In this document: one piece after another, positions 62,148 to 64,000 of the stretch
Position numbering within the stretch: the first letter of the stretch is position 1
How the letters are laid out: each line of letters starts with the position of its first letter
Source: an uncultured delta proteobacterium
Lineage (GTDB): Bacteria > Myxococcota_A > Polyangia > Polyangiales > Polyangiaceae
DNA length: 64,000 bases
Direction: 5' to 3'
NCBI GenBank assembly: GCA_963696385.1
Contig: CAVOKF010000007.1
Location: 256,001 to 320,000, forward strand
Notes under the pieces: generated by a model
What the model was told of the DNA's origin: nothing
Database searches by the model: none
Seen by the model: only the letters and a program-made list of their open reading frames with translations
Translations under genes and position numbers: made by a program

Positions 62148-62471
62148 CTATCGCTCGAAGCCGAGCGACCGTTCGACGCGGGCGACACGCAAGGTGTACG
62201 CCCGATACCACTTCTCGCGGCCGAGGATCTGAGCCGCTCGATGATCGGCATGCCGACGCCACTCGGCGATGGCCTCGAGGCTATCCCAGTAGGAAACGGT
62301 GATGCCGAACCCATCGGCCCCGCGCGCCGTCTCGACCCCGAGAAAGCCCGGTTGGCTCGACGCCAAGGCGACCATGGCATCCGCCGTATCCGCGTAACCG
62401 ACCGGGTCTTCAGCGGTCCGATTCGACGTGAAGATCACAGCCCAATAGGGTGGCTCACGGGTAAAGGCCAT
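62148..62471 (-). CDS. Antibiotic biosynthesis monooxygenase (ABM) family protein
   Basis: PYWAVIFTS, QPGFLGVE.AR, GITVSYW, H..AQ..GRE.WY. Confidence 0.9.
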   Translation of the reverse strand: MAFTREPPYWAVIFTSNRTAEDPVGYADTADAMVALASSQPGFLGVETARGADGFGITVSYWDSLEAIAEWRRHADHRAAQILGREKWYRAYTLRVARVERSLGFER

Positions 62472-62573
62472 GGCGGAGCCGTATCCGGTCAGTCCCGGCG
62501 AGCGCAAGGACCGAACTCGCGAACGTGCTACCTTGTTGACGTCGACGGGGGCACTCTTGGGGATCGCGACGCG

Positions 62574-63488
62574 ATGCAAGGGGCTTTAGGCTTCGCAGGT
62601 ACGGTCGTGGCGATAGGCTGCTTGGGTTGCGGGGCGAGGACAGGCCTAAACGACGTATCTGCGTTGGGTGCCGGTATCGCCTCTGCATTCAACGCGGATG
62701 CCGATGTTGCGACCGTTCCGACCCCTGCGCCCGACTACATCTGGTACGTGCTCGACGAGACCACCGGAGCGACAGCCCACGACTCTTCTTCGCACCATTT
62801 CGACATCACCGTGCCGGGCATCGGCTGGAATCAGGGCGGCGTCTTCGACGGAATGACCACCTGCGGCGACACGACCGTGGGCCCCGAGTACCGGTCGCCG
62901 CCGATCACGATCTCGGCCTGGCTTACTCCCGCGGCGCGAACGGACTTACCCGAGAGCTATGCGCTGCAGCCATTCCCGCCCAACGCCTTCAGCGACGATG
63001 TGCCGGGTGTGGGTGGTTACGGCATCGGTCTGAACGTATGGGACACAGGCTCTGCATTGGAAGCCGAAGGCGTTTCGCCCTGTACCCAAGCGGGGCTCTG
63101 CGTTGCCAACGGGACCCAAAACACCGCGGCTGCCGCGGCCGGCGGCGGCTTCTCGTGCACCAGCGCGGCGAGCTGCAATCAAGGGTTCGACGCGGGAAGC
63201 GAGTACTTGGTGACGCTCACGGTCGGCGGCCCGCCGCAAGGGACAATGACCCCGACGGCCCAGGTCTACGTCAACGGTGCGCTCTTCGATCAGGACACGG
63301 CGTACATCCCGCAGGCCGATTCGATGCCGCCGATCTACCTCGGCTGTCACAACCTGGATACCGGCTATGGGACGACGCGCTTTTTCGACGGGCGCATTCG
63401 GGACGTTCGCGTGTACTTGCGGCAACTCGCCCCTGACGAGGTGAAGCAATTGTATGTCAACGGTCCGACGCTGCACGCCCCTCCCTAG
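62574..63488 (+). CDS. LamG/concanavalin A-like domain lipoprotein
   Basis: LGC-GARTGL lipobox; LDETTG.TA.DSS, TISAW, VYVNG, FDGRI.DVRVY.R.L...EV..LY. Confidence 0.8.
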   Translation: MQGALGFAGTVVAIGCLGCGARTGLNDVSALGAGIASAFNADADVATVPTPAPDYIWYVLDETTGATAHDSSSHHFDITVPGIGWNQGGVFDGMTTCGDTTVGPEYRSPPITISAWLTPAARTDLPESYALQPFPPNAFSDDVPGVGGYGIGLNVWDTGSALEAEGVSPCTQAGLCVANGTQNTAAAAAGGGFSCTSAASCNQGFDAGSEYLVTLTVGGPPQGTMTPTAQVYVNGALFDQDTAYIPQADSMPPIYLGCHNLDTGYGTTRFFDGRIRDVRVYLRQLAPDEVKQLYVNGPTLHAPP

Positions 63489-63489
63489 C

Positions 63490-63615
<126 letters not shown>

Positions 63616-63627
63616 TGCGCGGGCCCC

Positions 63628-64000
63628 TCAGGCCTTGGGCGTGAGCCTTGGCGCGCGAGCCGTCTTGAGTCGCACGCAGACCTCGGCGAGCCGATCGCGG
63701 TTACGATTGATGAGGACATCGGCGACGTCTTTCAAGGCTTGGATGCTGTCCGGGGAGGCGTTGTCCAGATCTTGATTGGCCTCGGGCAAATCCGTCTGAA
63801 GGCGCGCATAGCGCAACGTCGGGCCCTTCCTCGGGAGGAGCTCTCGCAATTGGTAGTCGACGGTATCGGAGACGCCGTCGAGCAAGATGTCGAAGAGCGG
63901 AAGCGCCCACCCGGCGAGGCCCCAGTGCGCAGCCTTGTCGCCGGGGATCCGCCGGTCGAGGTTTCCCGTGCCGAGCGACACGAGCAGGATGTCATCGAAC
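63628..64000 (-). CDS. Patatin-like phospholipase, C-terminal part (5' end outside the window)
   Basis: LLVSLGTG, WG..GW..P..DI..DG.SD.VDYQL, Y.RLQ, LDNAS...I.AL. Confidence 0.8.
   Translation of the reverse strand, partial: FDDILLVSLGTGNLDRRIPGDKAAHWGLAGWALPLFDILLDGVSDTVDYQLRELLPRKGPTLRYARLQTDLPEANQDLDNASPDSIQALKDVADVLINRNRDRLAEVCVRLKTARAPRLTPKA

Noticed and set aside
63628..64000. Patatin as a CBASS effector
   Set aside because: Only the C-terminus is visible and no cyclase or other CBASS gene lies in this window.

Overview
This is a GC-rich bacterial window, most likely from a Myxococcota (Polyangia/Sorangium-like) genome. The taxonomy is inferred from the Ser/Thr kinases, Cys/Gly-rich lipoproteins, FGE-domain protein and ECF/anti-sigma/caspase module. 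In order it holds: the 3' end of a DUF5131 gene; a CIRCE-preceded groES-groEL operon; a kinase-AAA-TPR gene; a Tat-type FAD oxidase plus porin; tag; a secreted protein with a truncated-globin-like tail; a nine-gene chemosensory operon (cheA-cheW-mcp-cheY-cheB-cheR-cheX-cheY-orf); a GT41 O-GlcNAc-transferase-like gene; and kinase/lipoprotein/FGE genes. Next come a DUF692 (MNIO) + DUF2063 pair facing a Cys-rich exported peptide with two CxxxNxCxG motifs (candidate RiPP/metal-binding system), two GT-C-like membrane proteins, a GH5 mannanase-like lipoprotein and an ECF/anti-sigma/caspase operon. The window ends with a large sugar locus (2x DUF1080, ABC transporter, TIM-barrel isomerase, Gfo/Idh/MocA, tandem porins), an L,D-transpeptidase, SDR, ABM, a LamG lipoprotein, a (CCCCGA)20 tract and a partial patatin. 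Four apparent +1 frameshifts all sit at GAATC/GATTC sites that restore to GATC, which suggests modification-linked sequencing errors rather than pseudogenes. No rRNA, tRNA, CRISPR array or transposase was recognised. All calls come from motif recognition by eye; no searches were run.
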